Source: Macrostomum lignano (lineage: Eukaryota). From it: a stretch of 64,000 bases of DNA. Below are positions 37,016 to 50,079 of the stretch, in pieces. A model generated the notes under the pieces. That model did no database searches, was not told where the DNA came from, and saw only the letters and a program-made list of their open reading frames with translations. Position 1 is the first letter of the stretch, and every line of letters begins with the position of its first letter. The translations under genes were made by a program, and so were the position numbers. The stretch is from assembly GCA_002269645.1 (NCBI GenBank), contig NIVC01002930.1, forward strand, positions 1 to 64,000, written 5' to 3'.

Positions 37016-40000
37016 ATCATTACTAAGTTAGGTATTATTTTACTAAATAATTTAATTATATATGCCATATGGCGCAGGCTATTTTTTTATAGAATTATAA
37101 AAACTTGTTTCAAGGAAGAAAATATTGTTATTTGTTATTTTACTTAGGCCTAATTTGACCTGGGCCCTAATTATTTGATCTTTATCATTGATCTAAAAAT
37201 GACGTTTTTTCATTATTTTTTGTCACTGTATAAATAATAGACAAAAAGTACACATATTTAATTCATTTCAAAAAACATTTATTTGCAATTGCATTTTCAA
37301 AATTTCAATAGTATTAAACTATAGAACTATTAGGAACTTAAAAAATTGTATTGCAAGCTACCAAAAATACTATTGAAAATATTGGCTTGTGACTCTAAGT
37401 CTAACTATAGTAAAAAATGCAATAAGTTTCACTTAATTTTCTGGCATAAATAGGCTATTTCTTTGGTGCACTTGGCATATCTAGAGCAAAGGGAGAAATG
37501 AAGGCTTATAACTTAGTGCAGTTTGTAAGGAGTCAAGTGAGATTTTAAAAGTTTAGATTTTGTTGCTTTTTTTTCTTTCTATCAGATAAATCTAGTTTGT
37601 ATGAGTAAAATGAAATCTCATTTATAAAAACTAATCAAGGGATAAAAAAGTTATTCTTGTGTCCTTTTTGTCTATTTTTTTAATGCTTTTTTCCCATAAG
37701 GCCCTATAATCAATTGTGACAGGAAGACAAAAAACCTAGGAAAAGTGTTTGTAACTTAATGTTTAACTTAATGGATTTTTAAAATATAGTATAACTTTTA
37801 CCTATGCTATAGTATAGTGTCCTGCGCATATCCAAAAATAATGAGGAAACTTTTAAGGGAAATACGTGCATTATTGCATTCACCTCAAATGAAAAACTGA
37901 GGGAGGTTCATCTTAAAATTCATTTCTGAGAAAATCTGTACATGAGATACATTAATAAAAATTTGCTGCATCTTATTAAACATAAAATTCTACATTAAAA
38001 AACAATGCTAGCAAGGGGGAAGAGGGCACCAAAATGAACATCTGAAAAAAGTCACAAAGTTTTTAATGCAGTTTTGTAAGAGAAAAAAAATCTTCCTTAA
38101 AAAACTTTCAATAAATACTTTATTCTATGTTCTTTCTTCCTAAAAGTTTTGTTTCTCTATATTCCAATGCTTTGAAGAATTTCAAATTTGCCATAAGTAG
38201 TCATTTTTTTGTTTTGGTCACATGGGCATTTTATGTAACAAAATTCACAAACTTTGATTGTGTATAACTTTCAGACCACTTTACTGATTGGCCTGTGTGG
38301 CCACTCTTTGGAAAGTATAATTTGTGATCTTTTTAAATATATTTGGTTCTATTAATATGTTTGTTTTAACATTGATTTTTTTCTTCCAAAAGGAGTACCA
38401 TTTTGTCAATTTTTCCTTTTTTAGTTTTTTAATATAGCTCACAGGACTCCCTATAGTTAGGGCATGGTTAAGGTCTAAGATTCCTTTGATTAATAATTAG
38501 GCTTAATTTACAAATATTGCTGATTTTGTGATACATAATTATTTGCCTCTATGCTTATGAAAGTTTGTTATAATTTTAAAAATTTTATAATAATCATTAA
38601 TTTTATTATGAACATCCATATACTAAAAATGGTCTGTCTGTGGGTGTGCAATCAATTTTAGCAAAATGAGACCATTCTAAATTCAAATTCAATTCAATTT
38701 GGATAAAAATAATGCCATTGCAAATGTTTAAGTCTAGATTCTATAAGTAGGCACTAAGCCTAACAAATTTAAAAAGTTTTAAAAGTTTTTTAAAATTTGT
38801 TTTTTTTATATGATAATCATATTTTGCCACATGGTACAAGGAATAAAATTGCTTTGGCACATAGCAAATAAGCAAAAAATAAAGAAAATTTATTCTGACA
38901 CTGCATTTGCTTGACTATGGGCTTTTGATTCTCTAATACCCAAGAAGTATTGTCAATAGTATCGTAGCATTAAGACATTGGTAAAATTCCATTTTTGCTA
39001 TGGATATGGTTATAGGAAGTTATAGGTAGAGAGGTTTTTTTGTAAAACACAGATATAGATATGAATATGGTTATGGGAACACATACTTCCTTTATTTAGT
39101 TTCTATATCTAGTAATACCACTTAATTGAGAGTTGAGAGACCATTGGAGCTATTGATTTAATAGTGTTAGGGTAGTAAAAATAAATGAATGTGTTGCCAG
39201 CTTCAAAGTGAGGGGAACTCATAAGTCCCTAGAATTTAGGACTCAAGCATTAACATAGATTGTCAATACCATGTCCTTATGGTTAGGTGGTAAGGGCTAA
39301 AGAATTAAGATGAATGTTTTCACTTTCCAGGGGAAGCTCTTAAGTCCCTGCATAGATTTAGGGACTTATCAACAGAGTTTGGATACCATATGCACATTGT
39401 ATTTGGTTGGTAGGGGCTAATATTAAGATGAGTCTTTTCAATTTTAATGCAGGAGGAACTCTTAAGTCCTTAGGGTTGGGGACTTAAACAACAGAGTTTT
39501 GATGCAGTGTGCACATTGGGGTTGGTGCAACTAAAGTTAGGACATGAATGTTTTCACTTTCAATCGGAGTTCTTAAATCCCTGGGGTGGGGTTGGGATAA
39601 GATAATTTTTTTCATCTTCAATATGAGTAGAGCTCTTAAGTCCTTAGAATTGGGGACTCAAGCAACAAAGATATAAATGTTTGACACTACACAAACATTG
39701 ATGTTGGAATAGGGCTGGGGGTTAGAGAACATCCAAGATGAGAAGGCTTGAAAATATTACTGAGAGGTCATCAGAAGTAATGTTTAAAAATTAAGGGTAG
39801 TACTTGGCACTGTCAATGCTCTTTAAAGAAAAGAAAATTTGAAAAACTGATATAATCATATATCTAAAATTATCCATTGTAAAATGATTTATAACTGGCA
39901 AAGGCATGCATTATTTTCTAGAAAATGTATTTTAGCTCACTAAATGAAGTAAAATGCGAGAGTAACTATATATGTCTTAAGAGATGTAAACTCCTCGTCA

Positions 40001-40165
40001 GCTAAATAGTGCTATATTGCTAGTACTATAATAACAAACTTTTAATTTTATATACAAATAAGAATTTAAGCTCTAAAGCCACTAGTCATGAGCATTGACT
40101 GTTGATAACTTCCTACTTCAACCGTGGATTTGTTGCTAAATTTTATTAAAACCCCACAGCCAAAA

Positions 40166-43100
40166 ATGGCCGCCGCTAATCTTGAGAACCGCCTAGCCGG
40201 CGCACTGGACCCGGACATTGCCAGCCACGTGGCCGCTTACATGGCCAATATGTCCGATCGTTCGGACGCGCTCGAATATCTAGCCGAATTTATCGATCAT
40301 TCGAATCCTAAACACGCCGCTTTGCTAGCCGAACTTCGCACCGAATGGCTGGCAAAGCCGGCTGCTACTGCTGCTCAAGCGTCCGCTTCCATTCGTCTCA
40401 CCCCTCAAGTTGCTCAAGCTGCTTCTGTAGGCTTGGAGAAGAAACCTATTGACCCGGTTTCGTCTGCTGCCGGCTCCACTAGCCGCAGGAGTGGTGACAA
40501 GTTTGTGCCTTTATTCAGCGAACTGGGCGACCAGATTGCCGTAGCCATGCTGCCAGGCCGGCACAGATGCGACTGCGTTGCTACAAAGCACAGCCTAATT
40601 AACAATTGCCTTGGCTGCGGCAGGATTGTCTGCCAGCAGGAGGGCTCAGGGCCTTGCATGTTCTGCGGAGAATTAGTGGCTAGCAAGGCTGAGACTGAGG
40701 TGAGCAGCACGGGCTTTTCTAGCCTCAAATAGTATTTTTGGTTTCTCTAGGGCCAGGGGTTGTAGCCTAGTGGTTAGAGCGTCGGAATCGCTATTGAAAG
40801 GTCAGGGGTTCGATTCTCAACTCAATCGGACGCTTAACTCTGCATTGCTTCAGTTCACCCAGCTGTAAATTGGGTTACCTGCATTAGCTGGGATAATTGA
40901 GGGTATGTGTGGCGACCCTCCCCCCAAACCTCCCCCATTCCTTGGACTGAACAGCCGTACGCAGCCTTCAGATGCGTCGCGCAATAACTGCGGCTGAGCT
41001 GTCGGTTGCACATCAGGTCAGGTGTAGGGCAGGTGTAATAAATTATGTTATAATTAGTATTAGGGCCAAAAAATAAAGAAGCCATCTTAGAGGGGTCAAG
41101 CGGGTCAACTGCCTCCATGGTTACAATGTTTTCTAGAAAGGAGGTCTCGTTTAGAAGCCTGCGTCAATAATATGGGGCTGTATTGATGCTTTTAATGTTT
41201 CTTCTTTTTTTGGAGACCTTTGAAAATGGGCGTTGCCGCCCATTCCACCGCTAACCTCTGGCGACCACGGGCAGCAGCTGGTGCTGCGGTGACGCGCAGG
41301 GAGATCCGGTGGTACCGGTGTCTGCAGCCCTCCGGAGAATCCAGGAGGTGGATGGTCGCTCGCCCGGTAGCCCTCAGGTAGCGGACGAGCTGGCAGAGAT
41401 TCTCGGGGCTGAAAACGTCGGAAAGGTCCGGGTTTGGGCCGAGGTAGGTGAGCTGTCCTGAGTAAAGACGGAGCATTCACAGATGAAGTGCTCTGCATTC
41501 TCAACACCGAAGAGGCAGAATGGGCAAACTATAGCTCGTTTTTTCTTACTTGAAGTAGTTGAATTGTGTTAGACTAGCTGAGCTCCCTATTGCTGCATTA
41601 GTGTTTCGTAGGCTAAGAGCTATCGAATTATATATATATATTAAAAATTCATGACTTTTAGCTGCTGGTATGCAGCCAACTTATGCTGAGCAGTTTGTTT
41701 TTTTACAGCCAGTAGCCAGTTGATTCCGGAGAGTATGGTTTCTATCACTGAACTCATCCCATAACCCAGCTTTCCCTCTGCCCCTCAGTCCACATGAAGT
41801 TTCAATACTTTCGCCCTCTCCCGGCGTCACACTCTCTCCAACTCTTGGTCCGTTAAACCTCACTGTATAAATTTGATAGATTTAGCAGCTCAACTATCAA
41901 AGTCTTATGTGAGCAATTTTAACAACAAAGTTATACACAAAGCATGACTTTGACTGCAAGTCTGTCACTGGCCGAATCAACTGCCGCCTGCAGTGCCAAC
42001 AGTCGCTGGTGTGAATACCCAACTATCCAATGCTTGAATGCGAGCCTGGCCCTGATTAAATGGCATTCGATGACAAGCCTGTGATGTGTTCCTTACTACC
42101 AAGACCTTCTCAGCAATCAAGGAACAATCACGTCTAGCTACTTGCTAGGCAACCCAGTTATCAATCAAAGGTACTTCTTACCTTGACGTCGTTTGGAGAT
42201 ATCTCTTCTGTAGACTTCGAGTAGATCTCGCGTGGATCTCTTTGTGATCTCGTAGATCAGGCGCCTTGATTCTTCAGTTGCTCTGGTTCTGGTTCTTCTT
42301 GTACTTCCGATGAGGTTCCTTCCGGCCGGTGTCTTCAGTCAAGACCAATCAGAGGCCTCGTATTAACAATGGGATCCCTGCGCCAAATAGCGGTTTCTGT
42401 TAAGCCTTCTTCTTCTAGAAGTGCCTCTATGCACTCTAGGTAATGCGGATATCTCTAGTAGCTCCTCTAAGATCTACTAGGGTAGTCCTTCAGGCGACTA
42501 CAGCCAATAGAGTCTCAACAGACTCAACTAGACTCAAGTAACACTGGACTTGAGCGAGACGTCTCAACAACAGGCGCAAATAAAAAAGGCTTACCGCAAC
42601 AACTCGACCAAGTCTTGCCTTTGACTGGGCGACCAGGTAGTCTTCCTAAAGACAACCTCTTCGAAGCTTCTCCTATCGTCGGGAGTTGACTCCGGGTGCG
42701 CTTTGGACCGCTTATATTTATAGATGATTCGGTAGTCCAAAAATAACATCATGACTCATGTGTTGCGCTATAAGGGGTAACATGACTCATCGTGTGTTAT
42801 AAATAGTAACATGATTCATTGTGCTGCTATAAATAGTAACATGATTCATTCTGCTGCTATAAATAGTAACATGATTCATTTCTAAAGTTTAGGTGCGCAT
42901 GCGTGCACTTACTTACTTATAGTAGCATCCTACGATTGTCAATTTACTTTTTTTGTGGGAGGTAGAACACTCTACACCTGCAGAGCTGCTTATTTAAAGC
43001 TAGTTGCCAGCCAGACTCAATAGAAGATCCACTGTTGCAGTGGAACAGGCAGACAGGCGTGTGCTCGCTATTCCAATACCAGCAGATATGCAGAGCCGCT

Positions 43101-46100
43101 AGCAGTGCTGTGGTAAGCGACTGTTCAACTTATCGGCTTCAAGCACTGGCCACCTGCGATGCTTCTGTGTCAATTGGCTCTCCATTGATTGGCGTGTGGC
43201 TGGCTGGTAGGCGGCACAGGCTGAGCAATCTTGTGTGTGTGCCAGCCTGAGCCCAGCAACTATCAGTTTGAAAGCACCAATCTGCTTTGGACAGATGAAA
43301 GCGCCACATTTGACGGCTCAACTTCTTACGGTCTGCTGAGGAATGAGCACTTTGTTTCTAAAAATAGTTTGTCAAATTTCACCTGGCTGAAACGCGTGCC
43401 GAAAGTTCAACCGTTCATTGAGGCCGTGTCCTGCGCTGACTACTCCTTTGGACCTCATCTGTGGGAATTCGGCAAAGCTAATTAACTCTATTTTAATAAG
43501 AGCTGGACCAGTGTCTAAAGGCACCGATTTTGCATTGTTCTCGGATGCGTCTGCCTTGCCGCAACCTGCAGATTATCCCTCAGATGCAACCTGCAGATTA
43601 TCCCTCAGATGCAACCTGCAGATTATCCCTCGGATGCAACCTGCAGATTATCCCTCAGATGCAACCTGCAGATTATCCCTCAGATGCAACCTGTGTGCAC
43701 AAAAAAATCCCCCATTTGCAGCTCAAGGCCGCTCAGCCAACTCAGATCCAGCAGCGGACCAGTCCGGCTCATCCGCCGCTCCCAGCTGGTCAGTCGAGGA
43801 TTTCCCGCTGGCAAATCCCTCCATTGCCTGTCCGCCTCAGTTTGCCCGATGACCAGAATGCCTGGATTGATGTTGGCATAAGTGCCGGGCCTACCAATGT
43901 CACTAGTAGCCTGTTCTTAGGCCGAAGAATGCTCGAAGTCCTATCGCTTGACCGTACTCGTGTTTTTATATTGCTCTTGGCCACAGATTATCGTCCAACA
44001 ACCACTAATCTTGAGGGAGTTGTCAGCGCTGTGGCAATAGCCAATGTGTCCATGTCCCTCCTCTTATGTCTCCTTATCTTCTCTCTCATCATTTCTCTCA
44101 CCTCTCATCTCTTCCTCTTCTCTCTCTATACCCACCGACCCCTGGTTTAAGCAGCCTATAACCGAATAACGTGCGAATTCAACCTGTTAAATACATTATT
44201 CTTTTTTGGGACCCGTTATAATTGAAATTTGTTATTTTTCCCTAGAACTTAAATAGACGAAGCATAAAATAACTTTGTCTGGTCCAGTAGTGAGATTTCC
44301 TAACTAACTATAAGCTGATAAGTCTAACTGTACTTTTGCAACTAATATAACGCCTATATAATAAGACTACGAGTATATTGGTTGTAGTCTAGTAGTAGTT
44401 AAAGTGCCGGACTTACGACTTAAAGGGCGGGTGTTCGATTCACTCAGAACAATTTCTGTCCTTAAGCAAGACACTTAACTCTGCATTGCTTCAGTTCACC
44501 CAGCTGTAAAATGGATGCCAGCATTAGCTGGGGTAATTGAGGGTGTGTGGCGACCCCCCAGTCCTTAGACTGAACAGCCGTACGCAGCCTTCAGATGCGA
44601 TGCGCAATAGCTGCGGCTGAGCTGTCGGTTGCACATTTGGCCATTAGGCCGCGTATAATCAATAATAATAATTAATAATAATAATAATAATATTAAACTT
44701 CTACGTCAGATCCTGGCTCGCGGCTCTAAGAAAAGCGACCAACTGCGTCGCCAGCTAATGTCGGCAGTCTCGGCGTCGACGCCGCCTGACGATGCCGCCC
44801 TTGACGCCGCGCTGGCGGTGAAGCAGAAGCTGCTAGAATATGACCGGAATAGCGCCAGGCGTACCAAGGTTATCGACGATCAGATGGATTATTTTGAGTC
44901 CGACGGCGCCGTTTGGTTGTCGGACGCTGAAAAGTCGAAATTGCGCCAGCGCGAGTCGGAAATCCGGCAGCAGAGACACAAGTCCCGGCTGGAGCGTCGG
45001 CTGGTGTACGATTTTGCCGGCCGGTGTCTGGTTGACGATCCGGATCCCGCCGCGCAGGGCCACATCGACCCCGAGCAGGACGATGTGCTGCGCGAGATTG
45101 CCGAGGCCAGGACTCGTGCTGGTCAGTGGACACTGAGATTAACCCTCAGGTGCAACTGTAGAGATTAATCCTCAGGTGCAACTGTAGAGATTAACCTTCA
45201 GATGCAACCTGCAGACACAGAGATTAATCCTCAGATGCAACCTGCAGATTATCCCTCAGATGCAACCTGCAGATTATCCCTCAGATGCAACCTGCAGATT
45301 ATCCCTCAGATGCAACCTGCAGATTATCCCTCAGATGCAACCTGCAGATTATCCCTCAGATGCAACCTGCAGATTATCCCTCAGATGCAACCTGCAGATT
45401 ATCCCTCAGATGCAACCTGCAGATTATCCCTCAGATGCAACCTGCAGATTATCCCTCAGATGCAACCTGCAGATTATCCCTCAGATGCAACCTGCAGATT
45501 ATCCCTCAGATGCAACCTGCAGATTATCCCTCAGATGCAACCTGCAGATTATCCCTCAGATGCAACCTGCAGATTATCCCTCAGATGCAACCTGCAGATT
45601 ATCCCTCAGATGCAACCTGCAGATTATCCCTCAGATGCAACCTGCAGATTATCCCTCAGATGCAACCTGTGTGCACAGATTAACCCTCAGATTTGTTGCC
45701 AGGCTATCACAAAAAAATCCCCCATTTGCAGCTCAAGGCCGCTCAGCCAACTCAGATCCAGCAGCGGACCAGTCCGGCTCATCCGCCGCTCCCAGCTGGT
45801 CAGTCGAGGATTTCCCGCTGGCAAATCCTTCCATTGCCTGTCCGCCTCAGTTTGTCGCCACCGAGCCGGCTGGCAAGAGCGGCGGCAAGCAGCAGCAGTC
45901 CAGCTCAGCCCAGTCCAGCTCCGATGCTAAACGCGCGGCTCTCCGACTGCAGGATGCCGACTTGCGCGAGCTCCGCGATGACGGCCACTGTCTGAGCATG
46001 CACCAGCCTTGGGCTACCCTACTTGTGCGCGGTATTAAAGTACACGAAGGACGCAGCTGGTACACTGCCCACCGCGGCCGGCTCTGGATCGCCGCCACTG

Positions 46101-47931
46101 CCAGGCGTCCAAGCGACGAGGAGGTCGCCGCCGTGCTGTCCGAATATCGGCAGCGCCTGCCCGATGCCGAATTCCCGACAGCCTATCCGACTGGCTGCCT
46201 GCTTGGCTGCGTTCACGTTGACGATGTGCTGCCGCAAGATGAGTACAGGGAGCAGTTTCCCCAGGTAGGCGATGGTTCCGGGTTATTGTTGAGTGAGATG
46301 TGCTCATCATTGACTGAGATGTGCTCATCATTGACTGAGATGTGCTCATCATTGACTGAGATGTGCTCATCATTGACTGAGATGTGCTCATCCTTGACTG
46401 AGATGTGCTCATCCTTGACTGAGATGTGCTCATCATTGACTGAGATGTGCTCATCATTGACTGGGATGTGCTCATCTTTGACTGAGATGTGCTCATCCTT
46501 GACTGAGATGTGCTCATCATTGACTGAGATGTGCTCATCCTTGACTGAGATGTGCTCATCCTTGACTGAGATGTGCTCATCATTGACTGAGATGTGCTCA
46601 TCATTGACTGAGATGTGCTCATCATTGACTGGGATGTGCTCATCTTTGACTGAGATGTGCTCATCCTTGACTGAGATGTGCTCATCCTTGACTGGGATGT
46701 GCTCATCATTGACTGAGATGTGCTCATCTTTGACTGAGATGTGTTCATTCATGACTAAGATGTGACTCATCCTTGATTGAGATTTGCTCATCATTGATTA
46801 AGAGGTTCTCAATTCTTGGCTGAGATGTGGTCATCCTTGACAGAGATGTGCTCATCCTTGACTGAGATGTGCTCATCCTTGACTGAGATGTGCTCATCAT
46901 TGACTGAGATGTGCTCATCATTGACTGAGATGTGCTCATCCTTGACTGAGATGTGCTCATCCTTGACTGAGATGTGCTCATCATTGACTGAGATGTGCTC
47001 ATCATTGACTGGGATGTGCTCATCTTTGACTGAGATGTGCTCATCCTTGACTGAGATGTGCTCATCATTGACTGAGATGTGCTCATCCTTGACTGAGATG
47101 TGCTCATCCTTGACTGAGATGTGCTCATCATTGACTGAGATGTGCTCATCCTTGACTGAGATGTGCTCATCATTGACTGAGATGTGCTCATCATTGACTG
47201 GATGTGCTCATCATTGACTGAGATGTGCTCATCTTGACTGAGATGTGCTTATCCTTGACTGGATGTGCTCATCATTGACTGAGATGTGCTCATCCTTGAC
47301 TGAGATGTGCTCATCATTGACTGAGATGTGCTCATCCTTGACTGAGATGTGCTCATCATTGACTGAGATGTGCTCATCATTGACTGAGATGTGCTCATCA
47401 TTGACTGGGATGTGCTCATCTTTGACTGAGATGTGCTCATCCTTGACTGAGATGTGCTTATCCTTGACTGGGATGTGCTCATCATTGACTGAGATGTGCT
47501 CATCTTTGACTGAGATGTGTTCATTCATGACTAAGATGTGACTCATCCTTGATTGAGATTTGCTCATCATTGATTAAGAGGTTCTCAATTCTTGGCTGAG
47601 ATGTGGTCATCCTTGACAGAGATGCGCATATGATCATGACTGAGTGTCATATGATCATCACTCAGGGTCATATAATCATCACTGAGTGTCACATGATCAT
47701 CACTGAGGGTCATAATTATCACTGAGTATCATATTACCTCGTATCATCACAGAGTGTCACATTCCGTCAACCCCATTTCAGGGCGAGAGCGAGTCGCCAT
47801 TCGTGCTTTTGTGCTCAAATCCTCGCGAACTGCTGCTAAAGCTGCCGATGAAGGGGGAGCACAAAATCTACCGGCTGGACAAGCAGCTGCACAAGGCGGC
47901 TTTGGCCGGATTAGCTCGCGGCGGCGTCTAG
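40166..47931 (+). CDS. TRIP4: Activating signal cointegrator 1 (ASC-1/TRIP4); exons 40166-40699, 44710-45121, 45732-46264, 47782-47931
   Basis: C2HC5 finger (RHRCDC...[27 protein letters not shown]), [23 protein letters not shown], and ASCH domain ([24 protein letters not shown]...GCLLGCV...KIYRL). All junctions are GT-AG and phase-compatible. Confidence 0.95.
40751..41020 (+). mobile_element. tRNA-derived SINE, copy 1
   Basis: A box TAGCCTAGTGG and B box GGTTCGATTC; the core ttaactctgcattgcttcagttcacccagctgtaaa is shared with two other copies. Confidence 0.8.
43020..44050 (+). pseudogene. Degenerate LamG/concanavalin-like domain gene relic nested in TRIP4 intron 1
   Basis: Fragments [41 protein letters not shown] and [10 protein letters not shown] occur in LamG-like order. 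There are in-frame stops, and a TRIP4-derived copy interrupts the sequence. Confidence 0.4.
43560..43844 (+). other. Duplicated fragment of the TRIP4 intron-2 minisatellite plus the first ~120 nt of exon 3
   Basis: Near-identical to about 45530-45854, with a 33-nt deletion at CAC microhomology and one substitution. Confidence 0.92.
44385..44690 (+). mobile_element. tRNA-derived SINE, copy 2, with (AAT)n tail
   Basis: Same B box, core and 3' part as 40751-41020. Confidence 0.8.
45140..45670 (+). repeat. 25-bp intronic minisatellite
   Basis: Unit atgcaacctgcagattatccctcag. Confidence 0.97.
46290..47630 (+). repeat. 21-bp intronic minisatellite with a higher-order duplication of about 776 bp
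   Basis: Unit tgactgagatgtgctcatcmt; the variant block ttcattcatgactaag...gacagagatg occurs near 46745 and 47521. Confidence 0.97.
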
Positions 47932-48469
47932 TTATTCCAAGAAAGCGCTTGCCGCTCTCTGCGTTGGCTATTATGCTGCCCATGCATCGTTCTCTGCTTT
48001 CAGTTCCGGTTGCCAAGCTTTAACTGCTAAACTGTGTGATTTCTACTGCAGATACTACTATAGTGTCTATTAAGTAGTACGATAATACATTTTTATTATA
48101 ATGCAGAAGCCTGCAAACTCCATGTTTACAGATCTGCTCAAAGTTGACAATTGATAGAAGTCTTAAAATCCCAAGAATCCCTAAAACTGTACCTTAATTT
48201 CGAAAGAAAACCTTTGTTTTCTGTGGACTGCTGGTTCAATATTTCGTCTTACATTTGTTGTGCTAAATGCAATACAAAATATGGCATTTTTGGTAAATCC
48301 CTTTTGCAACCCCCCTCATGAAACTTATGGTGGAATGCTACTTTGTATGTCATATCCAGTACGTCATAGAGAAGAAATATATTGATTGATTTGTTCGCAA
48401 ATTGTTTCCTGCTGTTGTATCTGTTGACTTTTAATCTATTTTTTTATTTCACATTATATGTATCATAAC

Positions 48470-49200
48470 TTAGCTGTCAGGGTACTGGGTGCAGCTGTCA
48501 GGGTACTGGGTGCAGCTGTCAGGGTACTGGGTGCAGCTGTCAGGGTTGCAGCTGTCAGGGCACCGGTGCAGCTGTCAGGGTACTGCAGCTGTCAGGGCAC
48601 TGGGTGTAGCTGTCAGGGTACTGGGTGCAGCTGTCAGGGTACTGGGTGCAGCTGTCAGGGTACTGGGTGCAGCTGTCAGGGTACTGGGTGCAGCTGTCAG
48701 GGTACTGGGTGCAGCTGTCAGCACTCTGGGTGCAGCTGTCAGCACTCTGGGTGCAGCTGTCAGCACACTGGGTGCAGCTGTCAGGGTACTGGGTGCAGCT
48801 GTCAGCGCACTGGGTGCAGCTGTCAGGGCACCGGTTGCAGCTGTCAGGGCACCGGTGCAGCTGTCAGGGCACTGGGTGTAGCTGTCAGGGCACTGGGTGT
48901 AGCTGTCAGGGCACTGGGTGCAGCTGTCAGGGCACTGGGTGCAGCTGTCAGGGTACTGGGTGCAGCTGTCAGGGTACTGGGTGCAGCTGTCAGCACACTG
49001 GGTGCAGCTGTCAGGGCACTGGGTGCAGCTGTCAGGGCACTGGGTGCAGCTGTCAGGGCACTGGGTGCAGCTGTCAGGGCGCACTGGGTGCAGCTGTCAG
49101 GGCACTGGGTGCAGCTGTCAGGGTACCGGTTGCAGCTGTCAGGGCACCGGTTGCAGCTATCAGGACACACTGGGTGTAGCTGTCAGAGCACACTGGGTGT
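48470..49200 (+). repeat. 21-bp minisatellite
   Basis: Unit ctgggtgcagctgtcagggya. Confidence 0.95.
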
Positions 49201-49249
49201 CAGGACCCCAGCTATTATTAATCTACTTCTCCCCAATGCATGCTGAACA

Positions 49250-49891
49250 ATGGACGACGAGGCGGAGACCTACAAGCTGTGGAAGGTGCGGCGCACCATC
49301 AACCAGATGTGCAGAGACAGGGGCTACCTGATCCTGCAGGAGGAGTGCACCCAGACTCTGGAAGAGTTCAAACAGCAGTTCGGTGATCAGCCCTGCTCAG
49401 CGCAGAAGCCGTCCCGTTCCGACCTGACAATGCTGGTTGCTCACCAGGAGGATCCAACAGACCGGATGATTGTGTTCTTTGCCGACGAGCCCAAGCTGGG
49501 CATTAAACACGTGAAGACCTACGTGAACCGGATGCAGCAGGAGGGCGTTTACAAAGCCATCCTGGTCATCCAGGCCAGCGGAGGCATGTCGCCGTCTGCT
49601 AAGCAATCCCTGCTAGACATTCAGCCGAAGTACACTCTGGAGCATTTCTTCGAATCCGAGCTGATGATTAACATCACGGAGCACGAGCTGGTGCCGCGGC
49701 ACGAACTGCTGACGCCAGCGGAGAAGAAGGAGCTGCTGGATCGCTACCGATTCAAGGAGAGCCAGCTGCCAAAAATACAGCTGGGCGATCCCGTGGCTCG
49801 CTATCTGGGCTTGAAGAAGGGCGAAGTTGTTAAAATTATTCGATCCTCGGACACAGCCGGACGCTATGTCACCTATCGGATTGTTGTGTGA
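49250..49891 (+). CDS. POLR2E: RNA polymerases I/II/III common subunit RPB5 (RPABC1), intronless
   Basis: [26 protein letters not shown]...[18 protein letters not shown]...[41 protein letters not shown]. Confidence 0.98.
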   Translation: MDDEAETYKLWKVRRTINQMCRDRGYLILQEECTQTLEEFKQQFGDQPCSAQKPSRSDLTMLVAHQEDPTDRMIVFFADEPKLGIKHVKTYVNRMQQEGVYKAILVIQASGGMSPSAKQSLLDIQPKYTLEHFFESELMINITEHELVPRHELLTPAEKKELLDRYRFKESQLPKIQLGDPVARYLGLKKGEVVKIIRSSDTAGRYVTYRIVV

Positions 49892-50079
49892 CTTGCTCAC
49901 TGTGGAGTTTGCTGGGGCTTGCATTTCTATATCCGCCTTGCTTTATTATTAATACTAGTAATAATACGGGCTTAAATAATTTCTAAGGGGATCTGCTGGT
50001 GACGTGTTTCGTATTTATTGGCCAATTCTTGTTTTGTTATTTTCTTGTCTCTTGAAAATTTTATTTTAAAATAAGTAGG

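Noticed and set aside
41151-41507. GC-rich minus-strand ORFs in TRIP4 intron 1
   Set aside because: No recognisable domain or consistent splice structure; unresolved without a search.
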